Origin: Bacteroidales bacterium
GTDB taxonomy: Bacteria; Bacteroidota; Bacteroidia; Bacteroidales; WCHB1-69
Reading direction: 5' to 3'
DNA: 64,000 nucleotides
NCBI GenBank assembly: GCA_017506175.1
Contig: JAFVNW010000011.1
Location: forward strand, 20,227 to 84,226
Shown here: positions 34,965 to 47,278 of the stretch, one piece after another
How positions within the stretch are numbered: the stretch's first letter is position 1
Layout of the letters: the number at the start of each line of letters is the position of its first letter
Notes under the pieces: model-generated
Seen by the model: the letters and a program-made list of their open reading frames with translations, nothing else
What the model was told of the DNA's origin: nothing
Database searches by the model: none
Position numbers and translations under genes: made by a program

Positions 34965-35660
34965 ATGGCTAAAATATCAAAAAAACGCAAAGAAGCTTTT
35001 GCAAAGTTTGATAAGACCAAAGCATATCCGCTCGCGGAAGCCGTAGATATCGTAAAGAGCATCACCTATACGAAATTCGACGCCTCTTTCGATATCGACG
35101 TACGCCTCGGTGTTGACCCCCGCAAGGCCAACCAGATGGTGAGAGGTATCGTAACCCTCCCCCACGGCACCGGCAAAGTGGTACGTGTTTTGGTACTCTG
35201 CACTCCCGACAAGGAAGAAGAAGCAAAAGCCGCCGGCGCTGATTACGTAGGCTTGGAAGAATACGTTGACAAGATCAAGAAAGGTTGGACCGACGTTGAC
35301 GTTATCATCACCATGCCGAGCGTAATGCCGAAAATCGGCGCGCTGGGTAGAATTTTGGGCCCCCGCGGCTTGATGCCGAACCCCAAAGCCGGTACCGTTA
35401 CCATGGAAATCGGCAAGGCGGTTTCAGAGGTGAAAGCCGGTAAGATTGACTTCAAGGTTGACAAGTACGGTATTGTCCACACCAGCATCGGCAAGATGAA
35501 TTTCTCCGCCGACAAACTGGTTGACAATGCCCGCGAAATGATGACAACCATCATCAAACTCAAACCGACCGCAGCCAAGGGAACCTACATCAAGAGCATC
35601 TACATCTCCTCTACCATGAGCCCCGGAGTTCAAGTCGATGTGAAATCAGTTACATTATAA
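34965..35660 (+). CDS. rplA: 50S ribosomal protein L1
   Basis: 231 aa with [32 protein letters not shown] and [15 protein letters not shown]. Confidence 0.97.
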   Translation: MAKISKKRKEAFAKFDKTKAYPLAEAVDIVKSITYTKFDASFDIDVRLGVDPRKANQMVRGIVTLPHGTGKVVRVLVLCTPDKEEEAKAAGADYVGLEEYVDKIKKGWTDVDVIITMPSVMPKIGALGRILGPRGLMPNPKAGTVTMEIGKAVSEVKAGKIDFKVDKYGIVHTSIGKMNFSADKLVDNAREMMTTIIKLKPTAAKGTYIKSIYISSTMSPGVQVDVKSVTL

Positions 35661-35679
35661 TTAAAAAGCTAAATTCAAT

Positions 35680-36201
35680 ATGAAAAAAGAACAAAAAAGT
35701 CAAATCATTGACGAGATTGCAAAAGATTTAGCTGATTATCCGAATGTATATGTAACCGATATTTCCGGATTCACCGTGGATACGGTTAATCAACTCAGAA
35801 GACAATGCTTCCGTAACGACATCAAGCTCAAGGTTGTCAAGAACACCCTGCTGAAACGCGCTATGGAACAGGTCGAAGGCGATTATTCCGAAATTGAAGA
35901 TACATTGAAGGGCAGCACCGCAATCATGTTGTCAACAGTGGGCAACGCTCCGGCCAGATTAATCAAGGCCTTCCGCGTAAAGAACAAGAAGCCCATCATC
36001 AAGGCAGCCTACATTGAAAGTGCTTCCTACATTGGAGACGAAATGTTAGAAACTCTTTGCAACATCAAGTCAAGAGAAGAACTCATCGGTGACATCATCG
36101 GTTTGTTGCAATCACCTGCAAAGAACGTTATTTCCGCACTGCAATCCGGTGGCGGCAAACTGGCAGGCATCGTGAAAACCTTATCCGAAAGAGAAAATTA
36201 A
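35680..36201 (+). CDS. rplJ: 50S ribosomal protein L10
   Basis: 173 aa, lying between rplA and rplL. The uL10 pattern is LRRQCFRNDIKLKVVKNTLLKRA. Confidence 0.93.
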   Translation: MKKEQKSQIIDEIAKDLADYPNVYVTDISGFTVDTVNQLRRQCFRNDIKLKVVKNTLLKRAMEQVEGDYSEIEDTLKGSTAIMLSTVGNAPARLIKAFRVKNKKPIIKAAYIESASYIGDEMLETLCNIKSREELIGDIIGLLQSPAKNVISALQSGGGKLAGIVKTLSEREN

Positions 36202-36244
36202 AAAAACAATCCATTTAGTAAAAACCATTTAAAAAATAAGTATT

Positions 36245-36622
36245 ATGGCAGATTTGAAAGCATTTGCAGAACAATTAGTGAATTTGACCGTTAAAGAAGT
36301 TAACGAATTGGCTCAAATTTTAAAAGATGAATACGGTATTGAACCCGCAGCCGCAGCAGTAGCAGTAGCAGCTCCGGCAGCAGGCGGCGGCGCAGCAGCA
36401 GCTGAAGAAAAAACCGAATTCGACGTCATCCTGAAATCAGCCGGCGCATCCAAACTCGCCGTTGTCAAGCTGGTTAAGGAACTCACCGGTCTCGGACTGA
36501 AGGAAGCCAAGGAATTGGTTGACAACGCTCCGAAGCCAATCAAGGAAGGCATCTCCAAAGACGAAGCCGAAGGCTTGAAGAAATCTCTGGAAGAAGCCGG
36601 CGCAGAAGTCGAAGTAAAATAA
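36245..36622 (+). CDS. rplL: 50S ribosomal protein L7/L12
   Basis: 125 aa with an Ala/Gly hinge, then [35 protein letters not shown]...EAGAEVEVK. Confidence 0.97.
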   Translation: MADLKAFAEQLVNLTVKEVNELAQILKDEYGIEPAAAAVAVAAPAAGGGAAAAEEKTEFDVILKSAGASKLAVVKLVKELTGLGLKEAKELVDNAPKPIKEGISKDEAEGLKKSLEEAGAEVEVK

Positions 36623-36638
36623 TTCGTCTTGCCCATCC

Positions 36639-36677
36639 AATAAGTACAAGGCCTCTCACCGAAGCCTTGTACTTATT
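36639..36677 (+). terminator. rplL-rpoB intergenic attenuator hairpin
   Basis: Perfect 14-bp stem AATAAGTACAAGGC (36639-36652) / GCCTTGTACTTATT (36664-36677) followed by GTGTTATTTTC. Its position is analogous to the partial terminator between rplL and rpoB in other bacteria. Confidence 0.65.
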
Positions 36678-36780
36678 GTGTTATTTTCATTTACGCTCCC
36701 CGCGTATTCCATCTGCGTCTCCGGTAACTATGCCGATAACACCGACAAAACTTTTTTTACAACCTTAAAAAGTAAAAACA

Positions 36781-39700
36781 TTGGCAACAAAAAACAATCA
36801 AAATACCAGATTTAGTTTTGCATCCGTACATCCGGCCGAAAGTCCAGATCTTCTTGACATTCAGCTGAAGTCCTTCCGCGAATTCTTCCAGATTGACACC
36901 GATGCCGAAAAAAGACACAACGAAGGTCTTTTCCATGTCTTTCAGGAGAATTTCCCCATCACGGATGCAAGAAACAGCTTCGTCCTCGAATTTCTGGATT
37001 ACTACATTGACGGCCCACGCTACTCCATGGCCGAATGCATTGAAAGAGGATTGACCTACAGCGTCCCGCTCAAAGCCAAAATGAAGCTTTCATGCAACGA
37101 CATTGACCACGAAGACTTTGAAACCGTTATCCAAGATGTCTATCTGGGTATGATCCCCTATATGACACCCAGCGGCACCTTCATCATCAACGGCGCCGAA
37201 CGTGTGGTTGTATCCCAACTCCACCGCTCCCCCGGCGTCTTCTTCGGAACCTCGTTCCATACAAACGGCACGCAACTTTATTCCGCCCGTATCATCCCCT
37301 TCAAGGGTTCATGGATGGAATTCACGACCGATATCAACAACGTGATGTACGCATACATCGACCGCAAAAAGAAACTGCCCGTCACCACGCTGCTCCGCGC
37401 CATCGGTTATGAAACTGACAAAGACATTTTAGACATCTTCGACATCGCTGAGGAAGTCAAGGCAACCAAAGTGAAACTGAAACAATGCATCGGCCGCAAA
37501 CTCGCCGCCCGCGTCGTTCACGCTTGGAATGAAGACTTCGTTGACGAGGAAACCGGCGAGGTTGTTAACATCGAACGTACCGAGGTCCTCATCGAACGCG
37601 AAACCATCCTCGAAGAAAAACATATCAACATGATTGCCGATGCCGGCATCAAAACCGTCCTCTTCCATAAAGAGAACGAAAAACAAACCGACTACTCCAT
37701 CATCATCAATACGATGCTGAAGGACCCGACCAATACTGAAAAACAGGCAATTGAATACATCTACCTGCAATTGCGAAACGCCGCCCCGCCCGATGAAGAG
37801 ACCGCCCGCTCCACGCTGGAAAAGCTCTTCTTCTCCGACAAACGCTACGACCTCGGCGAAGTGGGACGCTACCGCATCAACAAAAAATTAGGCTTGAATA
37901 TTCCGATGGATGTCGGCGTTCTTACCAAAGAAGACATCATCGAAATCATCAAATATTTGATCGAACTGATTAACTCCAAGACTGAAGTGGACGACATCGA
38001 CCACTTGAGCAACCGCCGCATCCGCACCGTCGGCGAACAGCTTTACAACCAGTTCGGCGTAGGCCTCGCACGTATGGCCCGCACCATCCGCGAAAAAATG
38101 AACGTGCGCGACAACGAGGTGTTCTCCCCGACCGACCTGATCAACGCCAAGACACTCTCTTCCGTCATCAACTCCTTCTTCGGAACCAACCAGCTGTCGC
38201 AATTCATGGACCAGACCAACCCGCTGTCGGAACTGACGCACAAGCGCAGAATCTCCGCCCTCGGCCCCGGAGGTCTTTCCCGCGAAAGAGCCGGCTTCGA
38301 AGTGCGCGACGTCCACTATACACACTACGGCCGCCTCTGCACCATCGAAACCCCTGAAGGCCCGAACATCGGTCTGATCTCCTCCCTCTGCGTCTATGCG
38401 AAAATCAACAAACTCGGCTTCATTGAAACCCCCTACCGCAAAGTGGTTGACGGCGTGGTGCAATTCAACGAACAGCCCATTTACCTAAGCGCCGAGGAAG
38501 AGGAAAACATGTCTATCGCCCAAGCCCGCACCCCCATGGATGAAAACGGCAAACTGTGCGACAAGGTAAAAGCCCGTAAATTGGCCGACTTCCCGATCCT
38601 GCCGAAAGAACAAATCGACTTGATCGATGTCGCCCCGAACCAGATCGCCTCCATCGCCGCCTCTTTGATTCCTTTCTTGGAGAACGACGATGCCAACCGC
38701 GCGTTGATGGGCTCGAACATGATGCGCCAGGCAGTTCCGCTTCTGGCTCCCGAAGCCCCCATCGTGGGCACCGGCCTCGAAAGACAAATCGCCATCGACT
38801 CCCGCGACGTTCTGCGCGCCGAAGGCAATGGCAAGGTGACTTACGCCGACGCCGAGAAAATCACCATCGCTTACGACAGAAGCGAACAAGAAAACCTCGT
38901 CCGCTTCGATTCCAATGTGAAGACATACCATCTCCAAAAGTTCAGAAGAACCAACCAGAACTCCTGCATTAACATGACCCCGATTGTCCACAAAGGACAG
39001 AAGGTTGTAAAGGGTGATGTATTGACGGAAGGCTATGCCACCCGCGACGGAGAGTTGGCACTCGGAAGAAATATGATGGTCGCCTTCATGCCATGGAAAG
39101 GCTACAACTTTGAGGATGCGGTCGTGGTTTCCGAAAGAGTGGTCAAGGAAGACATCTTCACCTCCATTCATATCGAAGAATACACATTGGAAGTTCGCGA
39201 CACCAAACGCGGTGTGGAAGAGCTGACCAACGACATTCCGAACATCAGCACGGAAGCCACCAAGGATTTGGGTCCGGACGGCCTGATTCGGGTGGGTGCT
39301 GAAGTGAACGAAGGCGACATCCTGATTGGTAAAATCACTCCGAAAGGAGAATCCTATCCGACTCCTGAGGAGAAACTGCTCCGCGCCATCTTCGGCGACA
39401 AGGCCGGCGATGTGAAGGACGCCTCCCTCAAGGCACCGCCATCCACCAAGGGTGTCGTTATCGCAGCCAAATCGCTCTCTCGCTTGATCAAAGACAGAAA
39501 ATCCAAATCGAAAGACAAGGACATCCTCAAGGAAATCGACGATGCTTTCCAAAAGGAACTCTCCGCACTCAAGGAGAAGGTCGTCCTCAAGCTGTACAAC
39601 GTGCTGAACGGCAAAATTTCACACAATATCTACGACAATACCAAGAATGTGGTCATCCCCAAGGGAGCCAAGTTCTCACAAAAGATATTGGGCAGCATCA

Positions 39701-40587
39701 ATTTCGCCACCGTTTCCGTTTCAAAATGGACCAACGACGCCAAGTTGAACGGGCTGGTGACCGAAATCATCCGCAACTACCTGATAGAAGAACGCAACCT
39801 CACCGCCAAGATGATGCGCGAAAAATTCGACGCCACCATCGGCAGTGAGCTCCCGAACGGTATCGTACAAATGGCCAAGGTCTATGTTGCCAACAAGCGC
39901 AAGCTGCGTATCGGCGACAAGATGGCCGGTCGTCACGGCAACAAGGGTTGCGTGGCCAAAATCGTGAAGGAAGAGGACATGCCGTTCCTCGCAGACGGAA
40001 CTCCGGTTGACATCGTGCTGAACCCGCTTGGCGTACCTTCCCGTATGAACCTCGGTCAGATTTACGAAACCGTACTCGGCTGGGCAGGTAAGAAACTCGG
40101 CATGAAATTCGCCACCCCGATTTTCGATGGCGCCACCCTAGACCAAATCAATGGATACCTCAAGAAAGCTGGACTCCCCGAAAATGGCAGCGTTGACCTG
40201 TACAACGGCGAAACCGGCGAAAAGTTCGACCAAAAGGTGACCGTCGGCTACATCTACTATATCAAACTGCACCACATGGTTGACGACAAGATGCACGCAC
40301 GTTCCATCGGACCCTACTCCATGATTACGCAACAGCCATTAGGCGGTAAAGCCCAATTCGGCGGTCAACGTTTCGGTGAAATGGAGGTCTGGGCGCTCGA
40401 AGCATTCGGTGCAGCCAACATCCTCCAAGAAATTCTGACCGTCAAGTCCGATGACGTTGTCGGCAGAGCCAAGGCCTACGAAGGCATCGTCAAAGGCGAT
40501 GTAATGCCAGTATCAGGCTTGCCCGAATCGTTCAACGTATTAGTCAACGAATTGCGCGGACTTGGATTGAAGGTTAATTTTGATTAG
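36781..40587 (+). CDS. rpoB: DNA-directed RNA polymerase subunit beta
   Basis: 1268 aa with a conserved N-terminus ([19 protein letters not shown]) and full-length beta motifs. The only start codon between the upstream in-frame TAA (36766-36768) and the conserved N-terminus is TTG at 36781. Confidence 0.97.
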   Translation: MATKNNQNTRFSFASVHPAESPDLLDIQLKSFREFFQIDTDAEKRHNEGLFHVFQENFPITDARNSFVLEFLDYYIDGPRYSMAECIERGLTYSVPLKAKMKLSCNDIDHEDFETVIQDVYLGMIPYMTPSGTFIINGAERVVVSQLHRSPGVFFGTSFHTNGTQLYSARIIPFKGSWMEFTTDINNVMYAYIDRKKKLPVTTLLRAIGYETDKDILDIFDIAEEVKATKVKLKQCIGRKLAARVVHAWNEDFVDEETGEVVNIERTEVLIERETILEEKHINMIADAGIKTVLFHKENEKQTDYSIIINTMLKDPTNTEKQAIEYIYLQLRNAAPPDEETARSTLEKLFFSDKRYDLGEVGRYRINKKLGLNIPMDVGVLTKEDIIEIIKYLIELINSKTEVDDIDHLSNRRIRTVGEQLYNQFGVGLARMARTIREKMNVRDNEVFSPTDLINAKTLSSVINSFFGTNQLSQFMDQTNPLSELTHKRRISALGPGGLSRERAGFEVRDVHYTHYGRLCTIETPEGPNIGLISSLCVYAKINKLGFIETPYRKVVDGVVQFNEQPIYLSAEEEENMSIAQARTPMDENGKLCDKVKARKLADFPILPKEQIDLIDVAPNQIASIAASLIPFLENDDANRALMGSNMMRQAVPLLAPEAPIVGTGLERQIAIDSRDVLRAEGNGKVTYADAEKITIAYDRSEQENLVRFDSNVKTYHLQKFRRTNQNSCINMTPIVHKGQKVVKGDVLTEGYATRDGELALGRNMMVAFMPWKGYNFEDAVVVSERVVKEDIFTSIHIEEYTLEVRDTKRGVEELTNDIPNISTEATKDLGPDGLIRVGAEVNEGDILIGKITPKGESYPTPEEKLLRAIFGDKAGDVKDASLKAPPSTKGVVIAAKSLSRLIKDRKSKSKDKDILKEIDDAFQKELSALKEKVVLKLYNVLNGKISHNIYDNTKNVVIPKGAKFSQKILGSINFATVSVSKWTNDAKLNGLVTEIIRNYLIEERNLTAKMMREKFDATIGSELPNGIVQMAKVYVANKRKLRIGDKMAGRHGNKGCVAKIVKEEDMPFLADGTPVDIVLNPLGVPSRMNLGQIYETVLGWAGKKLGMKFATPIFDGATLDQINGYLKKAGLPENGSVDLYNGETGEKFDQKVTVGYIYYIKLHHMVDDKMHARSIGPYSMITQQPLGGKAQFGGQRFGEMEVWALEAFGAANILQEILTVKSDDVVGRAKAYEGIVKGDVMPVSGLPESFNVLVNELRGLGLKVNFD

Positions 40588-40749
40588 TAAACAAAAAAAC
40601 AATATGATTATCCCGAAACCTACCATTTGATAACTATATGTTGAATCGTTTATCGCTTGTTTGTTGAAAGGTTAAGCAAATCAATGGTCAAATGAATCAA
40701 TTATAAATCAAATAGTTAGATTAAGGATAAATGTCAAAATAATAGCAAT

Positions 40750-43700
40750 ATGGCTTTTAGAAAAGAAACGAATACCAGAAAAGAATTTTCGACCATCACC
40801 ATCAGCCTCGCGCCGCCGGAACTGATTCTGGAACAGTCGCACGGCGAAGTCATCAAACCGGAGACGATCAACTACAGAACGTACAAACCGGAACGCGATG
40901 GTCTTTTCTGCGAAAAGATTTTCGGTCCCACCAAAGATTGGGAATGTCATTGCGGTAAATACAAGAGAATCAGATACAAAGGAGTCATCTGCGACCGTTG
41001 CGGTGTGGAAGTCACCGAACGCAAAGTGCGTCGCGAACGCATGGGCCACATTGAACTCGTGGTTCCCGTCGCCCATATCTGGTTTTTCAAGAAAATTGCC
41101 GCCCTGCTTGGCATCCCAGCCAAACAGGTGGACTCCATCATCTATTACGAAAAATTCGTCGTCATTCAAGCCGGTGCCGCCGATGGCATTAAGCTCAATG
41201 AAAAAGACAAGGATGGCATAAAGAGACTCACCCTCCTGAACGAAGACGAGTATTTTGAGGTAATCGATCAGATTCCGAGAGAAAACAGAATGCTCGAAGA
41301 CACCGATCCGAACAAATTCATCGCCAAAATGGGTGCAGAAGCCCTCTACGACCTCCTTCGACAAGTGGATCTTGACAAGGAATCATACGAGTTGCGCGAC
41401 CGCGCCAATACGGAGACGTCTCAACAAAGAAAGCAGGACATCCTGAAGAGACTGCAAGTTTTCGAGGCTTTCCGCGACGCACGTAAACGCACCGAAAACA
41501 AGCCGGAATGGATGATTGTGAAAATCATCCCCGTCACCCCTCCAGACCTTCGTCCACTCGTTCCTCTCGATGGCGGCCGCTTCGCCACTTCCGACCTCAA
41601 CGACCTCTATCGCCGCGTCATCATCCGCAACAATCGTTTGAAGAGGCTGATCGAAATCAAGGCTCCCGACGTAATCATGCGTAATGAAAAGCGTATGCTG
41701 CAAGAAGCCGTTGACTCCCTCTTCGACAACTCCAAAAAGACCAACTCGGTTAAGACCGAATCCAACCGCGCCCTCAAATCCCTGTCCGACAGCTTGAAAG
41801 GCAAACAAGGCCGCTTCCGTCAGAACTTGCTGGGTAAACGTGTCGACTATTCAGGTCGTTCCGTTATCGTTGTGGGTCCGGAATTGCACATGAACGAATG
41901 CGGTCTGCCAAAGGATATGGCCGCTGAACTTTTCAAACCATTCGTCATCCGCAAAATTTTGGAGAGAGGAATTGTTAAGACTGTTAAATCTGCAAAGAAA
42001 ATCGTGGATAGAAAAGACCCGCTAATTTGGGACATCCTCGAAAATATCCTGAAGGGACACCCGATTCTGCTGAACCGTGCCCCTACTTTGCACCGCTTAG
42101 GTATCCAGGCATTCCAACCGCGGCTGGTTGAAGGAAAGGCAATCCGTCTGCACCCGTTGTGCTGCACCGCTTTCAACGCCGACTTCGATGGTGACCAGAT
42201 GGCCGTTCACGTTCCGCTTGGCAACGCAGCCATTATGGAAGCCCAGATTCTGATGCTTGCCTCCCACAACATTCTGAATCCAGCCAACGGATCTCCTATC
42301 ACCGTTCCTTCACAGGATATGGTTTTGGGTCTGTACTATACCACAAAGGAAAAGCACTCCACCCCGGAAGAGAAAATTCTGGGCGAAGGCATGTGCTTCT
42401 ATTCCCCCGAAGAGGTGATTATCGCTTACAACGAGCACAGAGTCGCCCTCAACGCCTGCATCAAGTGCAAAGTTGACCTGAAAGGCGACGGCGAATTGGT
42501 GCTCACCGATACCACCGTCGGTAGAATCCTGTTCAACCAGATTGTTCCGAAGGGATACCCGTACATCAACATGCTGCTGACCAAGAAGTCACTGCGCGAC
42601 ATCATCGCCGGCGTTTTGCACAAATGCGGCAATGCCGACACCGCTCATTTCTTGGACGACATCAAAGCGATGGGGTACCGTCAGGCCTTCCTCGGCGGCC
42701 TCTCATTCGGTCTGGGCGATGTGTTGATTCCCGAAGAAAAAGCCGATTTGATTGCCAAATCCAACGAGCAAGTGGATGAAATCCAAGCGCAATACGAATT
42801 TGGTAACATCACCAATACGGAACGTTCCAACCAAATCATCGATGTTTGGACGCACACCAATGCCAATCTGAGTAAAATCCTTATTAAGAAAATCGCCGCT
42901 GACCGCCAAGGCTTCAACCCCGTTTATATGATGTTGGATTCCGGCGCTCGTGGTTCTGAAACCCAGATTCGTCAGTTGGCCGGTATGCGTGGTTTGATGG
43001 CCAAGCCTACGAAAGCAGGTGCTTCCGGCGGCGAAATCATCGAGAACCCGATTTTGTCCAACTTCAAAGAAGGTTTGGACTGTCTTGAATACTTCATCTC
43101 CACGCACGGTGCGCGTAAGGGTTTGGCCGATACCGCTTTGAAAACCGCCGACGCTGGTTACCTGACACGTCGTCTGGTGGACGTCGCCCACGATGTAATC
43201 ATCACCGAAGAGGACTGCGGCACATTGAGAGGTCTGACCATTACCGCACTGAAGAAAAACGAGGAAATCATCGAACCTCTCGGCAACCGCCTGTTAGGTC
43301 GAGTTACCTTGCACGATGTTTACAATCCGAAGACCAACGAGCTGATTATCAAGGCTGGTGAAGAGTTGACGGAAGATTATTGCCAGAAAATCGAAGAGGC
43401 AGGCATTGAAGAAGTTGAAATTCGTTCGGTGCCTACCTGCGAATCCAAACTGGGCGTATGCCAGAAATGCTACGGCCGCAACTTGGCCACCGGCAAGATG
43501 GTTCAAATCGGTGAAGCAGTCGGCGTTATCGCCGCACAGTCCATCGGCGAGCCCGGTACGCAGCTGACCCTCCGTACATTCCACGTCGGTGGTGTGGCCG
43601 GCAACGTGGTCGCCAACAGCCGCATCGTGGCCAAGAACGATGGTCTGCTGAGCATTGACGAGCTGAGAGCTCTGGACAAAAAGGATGAGAACGGCCAGGA

Positions 43701-45033
43701 ATATCTGATTGTCATCGGACGTTCCGCTGAAATGAAGATTATCGACGTTCAAACCGGCGTCGCCCTCTTCTCCGCCAACATCCCATACGGCGCCAAATTG
43801 TACTTCAAACACGGCAACACCGTTAAGAAAGGCGACGTCATCGCTGATTGGGATCCGTTCAACGCCGTGATTCTTTCCGAAGTGTCTGGTACAATCGCTT
43901 TCAAGGACATCATTGAAAATGTCACCTATCGTGTTGAGACCGACGAACAGGCAGGCACACACGACAAGGTTATCGTTGAAAGCCGTCTGAAAACGGTCAC
44001 CCCGACCATTAACGTTACCGACAACGACGGCAATGTCATCAAAACTTTCGACATTCCAGTAGGTGCACGCCTCGCTGTTGAAGTCGGCGACAAGATTGAA
44101 TCCGGTGCCATTCTGGCCAAGATCCCGCGTACTTTCGGCAAGTCCGGCGATATCACGGGCGGTCTTCCGCGCGTAACCGAGCTCTTCGAAGCCCGCAACC
44201 CCTCCGACCCCGCTATCGTCTCCGAAATCGACGGTGTGGTTTCCTTCGAAAAGAAACTCAAACGCGGCAACCGCTGCATCAACATCACCTCCAGAACCGG
44301 TGAAAGAAGACAATACCTCATCCCCGCTTCCAAACAGATTCTGGCACAGGAAAACGACTACGTGAAAGCCGGTACCCCGCTGTCAGAAGGTGCACTGACT
44401 CCGTCAGACATCTTAAACATCAAGGGTGCCATGAAGGTGCAAGAATACATCGTGAACGAAATCCAGGAGGTTTACCGTCTGCAAGGCGTAAAAATCAACG
44501 ACAAGCACTTTGAAGTCATTGTTCGTCAGATGATGCGCAAGATGGAAATCGAGGATCCAGGCGATACCAAGTTCTTACAGGGCGAATTAATCAACAAGAT
44601 CAACTTCCAAGAAGAGAATGACAATATCTGGGAGATGAAGGTTGTGGTTGATGCCGGCGATTCCGAAAAGATGAGCAAGGGTCAGCTGATTTCGCCGAAG
44701 GAACTTCGCGATGAGAACTCACTGCTGAAACGCCGCGACCTAAAGCTGGTCACCGTTCGCGATGCACGCCCGGCCACGGGTAAACCGATTCTGCAAGGTA
44801 TCACGAGAGCTTCCCTGCAAATCAGAAGCTTCATCTCCGCCGCCTCCTTCCAGGAAACGACGAAGGTGCTCACCAACGCGGCCTGCTATGCCCAAGCCGA
44901 CCACTTGCTCGGTTTGAAGGAGAATGTGATTGTCGGCAACCTGATTCCCGCCGGTACCGGTCTGAAACGCTACCAGAACCTCGAAGTAAGCTCGATGGAA
45001 GAGTATGAGAACCTGATGGCATCGAAATTGTAA
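40750..45033 (+). CDS. rpoC: DNA-directed RNA polymerase subunit beta'
   Basis: 1427 aa with the zinc-binding [20 protein letters not shown] and catalytic [12 protein letters not shown]. Confidence 0.98.
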   Translation: MAFRKETNTRKEFSTITISLAPPELILEQSHGEVIKPETINYRTYKPERDGLFCEKIFGPTKDWECHCGKYKRIRYKGVICDRCGVEVTERKVRRERMGHIELVVPVAHIWFFKKIAALLGIPAKQVDSIIYYEKFVVIQAGAADGIKLNEKDKDGIKRLTLLNEDEYFEVIDQIPRENRMLEDTDPNKFIAKMGAEALYDLLRQVDLDKESYELRDRANTETSQQRKQDILKRLQVFEAFRDARKRTENKPEWMIVKIIPVTPPDLRPLVPLDGGRFATSDLNDLYRRVIIRNNRLKRLIEIKAPDVIMRNEKRMLQEAVDSLFDNSKKTNSVKTESNRALKSLSDSLKGKQGRFRQNLLGKRVDYSGRSVIVVGPELHMNECGLPKDMAAELFKPFVIRKILERGIVKTVKSAKKIVDRKDPLIWDILENILKGHPILLNRAPTLHRLGIQAFQPRLVEGKAIRLHPLCCTAFNADFDGDQMAVHVPLGNAAIMEAQILMLASHNILNPANGSPITVPSQDMVLGLYYTTKEKHSTPEEKILGEGMCFYSPEEVIIAYNEHRVALNACIKCKVDLKGDGELVLTDTTVGRILFNQIVPKGYPYINMLLTKKSLRDIIAGVLHKCGNADTAHFLDDIKAMGYRQAFLGGLSFGLGDVLIPEEKADLIAKSNEQVDEIQAQYEFGNITNTERSNQIIDVWTHTNANLSKILIKKIAADRQGFNPVYMMLDSGARGSETQIRQLAGMRGLMAKPTKAGASGGEIIENPILSNFKEGLDCLEYFISTHGARKGLADTALKTADAGYLTRRLVDVAHDVIITEEDCGTLRGLTITALKKNEEIIEPLGNRLLGRVTLHDVYNPKTNELIIKAGEELTEDYCQKIEEAGIEEVEIRSVPTCESKLGVCQKCYGRNLATGKMVQIGEAVGVIAAQSIGEPGTQLTLRTFHVGGVAGNVVANSRIVAKNDGLLSIDELRALDKKDENGQEYLIVIGRSAEMKIIDVQTGVALFSANIPYGAKLYFKHGNTVKKGDVIADWDPFNAVILSEVSGTIAFKDIIENVTYRVETDEQAGTHDKVIVESRLKTVTPTINVTDNDGNVIKTFDIPVGARLAVEVGDKIESGAILAKIPRTFGKSGDITGGLPRVTELFEARNPSDPAIVSEIDGVVSFEKKLKRGNRCINITSRTGERRQYLIPASKQILAQENDYVKAGTPLSEGALTPSDILNIKGAMKVQEYIVNEIQEVYRLQGVKINDKHFEVIVRQMMRKMEIEDPGDTKFLQGELINKINFQEENDNIWEMKVVVDAGDSEKMSKGQLISPKELRDENSLLKRRDLKLVTVRDARPATGKPILQGITRASLQIRSFISAASFQETTKVLTNAACYAQADHLLGLKENVIVGNLIPAGTGLKRYQNLEVSSMEEYENLMASKL

Positions 45034-45055
45034 GCCAAGAATCTTTTATAAATGC

Positions 45056-45087
45056 AAAGAGACGTCATAATATGGCGTCTCTTTTTT
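45056..45087 (+). terminator. Rho-independent terminator after rpoC
   Basis: Stem AAAGAGACGTC (45056-45066) / GGCGTCTCTTT (45074-45084), with one G-U pair, running into TTTTTT. Confidence 0.75.
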
Positions 45088-45183
45088 AATGCCTATCCGC
45101 AATAGTAGCGCATTACATAAAAGGGAATAGAAATCAATAAACAGGGAACTAAATTCTGGGAAAAGATGTCCTAACCCAACACC

Positions 45184-45975
45184 CTACCTGTTCTCCACTT
45201 CCCGCTTCACGATTCTCGTCAGTATCGGAACTTTAATCCAGTTTGGGATGATTTTTGAAAAAAACCAGCTCATGGGATTGACCACGATTTCGCTTCTGCC
45301 CCACAAAAGTTGTCGCACGCACTTGCGTGCCACCCGCTCCGGCGGAACTAGCGTCAGTTTGCCGAAAAGTTTCTGTTTTTCTATACGTTGCACGATTTCG
45401 GGACTGGTGGCCATCGCGCCAGGCGTCACCACACTCACCGTAAGTCCGCGTAACTTGAACTCCGCCTGCAAACTCTTCGACAGCGCATACAGGTAGGACT
45501 TACTCGCCGGATAGACCATCTTGTAGCCCATCGGCGTTAATGCCGCCATACTGGAGACATTCAGGATGTAACTATGCGACTGATGCAGAAGATTGGGCAA
45601 CAATTGCCGAATCAGCAGCGACGGGGCAACCACATTCAGATGCAGAATTTTTTCAATATAGGCCTCATCCGTCTGCTCAAATGCTCGCGAACCGCCCAAC
45701 CCGGCATTGTTGACAAGCATAAAAACATCTCCTATCGCCAAAATCTCCTTCGCAGCCTCCAAAACCGCCGCCTCATTCGTTAAATCGGATACGACATACT
45801 GACAATCAATATGATATTGATTTGACAACTCATTACAAAGCGAAGAAATATTCTCATTGGAACTGATAAGAATCTCATTAATTTCCCGTTGCGCCAGTTC
45901 TATGGCAAAAGCACGGCCCAAGCCGCGACTGGCTCCCGTCACAACAGCAAATGATGAAGAATTGGTCTTTCCCAT
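45184..45975 (-). CDS. Short-chain dehydrogenase/reductase (SDR) family oxidoreductase
   Basis: Motifs are FAVVTGASRGLGRAFA (TGxxxGxG), NNAG and YPASKSY (YxxxK). The preferred start is the ATG at 45975 (MGKTNSSSFAVVTG); alternatives are the ATG at 45987 or the GTG at 46014. Confidence 0.85.
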   Translation of the reverse strand: MGKTNSSSFAVVTGASRGLGRAFAIELAQREINEILISSNENISSLCNELSNQYHIDCQYVVSDLTNEAAVLEAAKEILAIGDVFMLVNNAGLGGSRAFEQTDEAYIEKILHLNVVAPSLLIRQLLPNLLHQSHSYILNVSSMAALTPMGYKMVYPASKSYLYALSKSLQAEFKLRGLTVSVVTPGAMATSPEIVQRIEKQKLFGKLTLVPPERVARKCVRQLLWGRSEIVVNPMSWFFSKIIPNWIKVPILTRIVKREVENR

Positions 45976-46006
45976 ACGAAAACGCATCAATTCAATCCAG
46001 TGATTA

Positions 46007-47128
46007 CTAATCACTTATCACAATTTTCTTCTTATAACACCTACGACGACAAATCAATTCAGCGTCATATTTTTTCCAGATATGCGCGGCGGGGTTGTCC
46101 TCCAATTGCTGTGAAGTGTAGGCATATTCAAAACCATGCGCAAGGAACGACTCGTTGAGATACTTATGGTAAAGCAGGTGGATACCGCTGTTTTGGTATT
46201 CAGGCAGCACGCCTGTGAGGAACATATCCACATTCTTATTGTATTTCAAGGATTTGAGCACACGAGAAACGCCCATGAACGAGATTTTGCCATTCATTTT
46301 CTGGAACGCCTCGCTCAACGAAGGCAAGCAGAAGGAGATGCCGACCATTTTCCCGTTCTCGTCTTCCAAAATAGAAATCAAATCAAGGACCGCGAACGAG
46401 AAATTCTCTTTGATAAGCCACTCGATTTCCGCCTCGGTAAGCGGGATGAAGTTGAAGATATTCTGGTAACTACGATTGAGCACCTTAAAGAAATCCTTTC
46501 CTGCGCGAATCAGTTCCGCTTTGTTTCTAAGTTGACGGATATGCACTTTACTGTGCATTTGCACGCGGGAAGCAAGCCGCTCGATGATGTCGGGCACCTC
46601 AAGCACCTTCACCTTGTACTGAATGTAGTCCACCTCCTTTTCAAAGTGCAATTGGTCCATAAATACAGGATAATAGGGGTAGTTGTAGTCGGCGGCGATG
46701 GAAGGCGTTTGGTCAAATCCTTCCACGAGCATCGCCTGCTTATCCATATTGGAGAAACGGGAGGGTCCGCAAATCTCCAGCATCCCGTTTTCCGCTCCCC
46801 ATTTTTCCACCGTATCCAACAGAAGTTGAGCCACCGCCACGTCTTCTATGAAATCAAACCAGCCGAAGCGCACTCTTTTCTGCCCCTTCATTTCATTGCA
46901 CTTGTGGTTGATGATGCCAGCAACACGTCCAACTATCTGATTTTCATCATTGTAAACAAGCCACATTTTCAGTTCGCAAAAATCGAGTGCAGGATGCTTG
47001 GTCAACGTTTTATACTCTCCCCTATCCAATGACGGGACAAAATGAGGGCAGCCCCTATACAACGATTTGGGGAAACAGATGAAATTCTTCAATTCATTAT
47101 TAGTGGTAACTTCTTTTACAAAATACAT
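46007..47128 (-). CDS. Two-lobed GNAT-fold acyltransferase-like protein (function unknown)
   Basis: The start was moved to the ATG at 47128 (MYFVKEV...), because a -7 box at 47159-47166 lies inside the longer track ORF. The protein is 373 aa. The two halves, IVGRVAGIINHK...RFGWFDFIED...LLLDTVEKWGAENGMLEICGP and GVLPEYQNSGIHLLYHKYLNES, look like acyl-CoA N-acyltransferase folds. The family assignment is from memory and not verified. Confidence 0.45.
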   Translation of the reverse strand: MYFVKEVTTNNELKNFICFPKSLYRGCPHFVPSLDRGEYKTLTKHPALDFCELKMWLVYNDENQIVGRVAGIINHKCNEMKGQKRVRFGWFDFIEDVAVAQLLLDTVEKWGAENGMLEICGPSRFSNMDKQAMLVEGFDQTPSIAADYNYPYYPVFMDQLHFEKEVDYIQYKVKVLEVPDIIERLASRVQMHSKVHIRQLRNKAELIRAGKDFFKVLNRSYQNIFNFIPLTEAEIEWLIKENFSFAVLDLISILEDENGKMVGISFCLPSLSEAFQKMNGKISFMGVSRVLKSLKYNKNVDMFLTGVLPEYQNSGIHLLYHKYLNESFLAHGFEYAYTSQQLEDNPAAHIWKKYDAELICRRRCYKKKIVISD

Positions 47129-47158
47129 GGCAAGTAGTGAGTGAACACAATGAACTTG

Positions 47159-47166
47159 CAAAAGTA
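47159..47166 (-). promoter_or_regulatory. -7 box (TACTTTTG on minus strand) for GNAT-like/SDR operon
   Basis: Plus strand reads CAAAAGTA, 31 nt upstream of the ATG at 47128. Confidence 0.45.
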
Positions 47167-47259
47167 ACAATTAAAAATAAAATTTTAAAGTGGAGGTGGG
47201 AGGAATAGTGAAAAAAAAAATAATTCGCCATAGAATAATTAATATTCCATAAAAAATCG

Positions 47260-47267
47260 TATTTTTG
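47260..47267 (+). promoter_or_regulatory. -7 box TATTTTTG for tRNA-Gly
   Basis: Matches TAnnTTTG, 12 nt upstream of the tRNA 5' end. Confidence 0.5.
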
Positions 47268-47278
47268 CAACTTGAAAA

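Noticed and set aside
34451-35679. Possible L1/L11 (rplK) and L10 (rplJ) autoregulatory leader structures.
   Set aside because: The spacers are only about 40 nt (nusG-rplK) and 19 nt (rplA-rplJ) and are A/T-rich without evident stems, so they are too short for the known leader motifs.
38485-39552. Long antisense ORFs inside housekeeping genes. Examples: 38485-39552 and 37888-38463 in rpoB; 43294-44313 in rpoC; 12702-13646 in ftsZ; 27324-28304 in the COG2403 gene; 46136-47032 in the GNAT-like gene; 29226-30011 in the S8 gene; 5550-6254 in ftsH; 8434-9189 in the protease gene; 62254-62922 in the LutB-like gene.
   Set aside because: All overlap strongly supported genes on the opposite strand and show shadow-frame composition (H/V/G/D/L or R/S/P rich). 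None has an independent expression signal.
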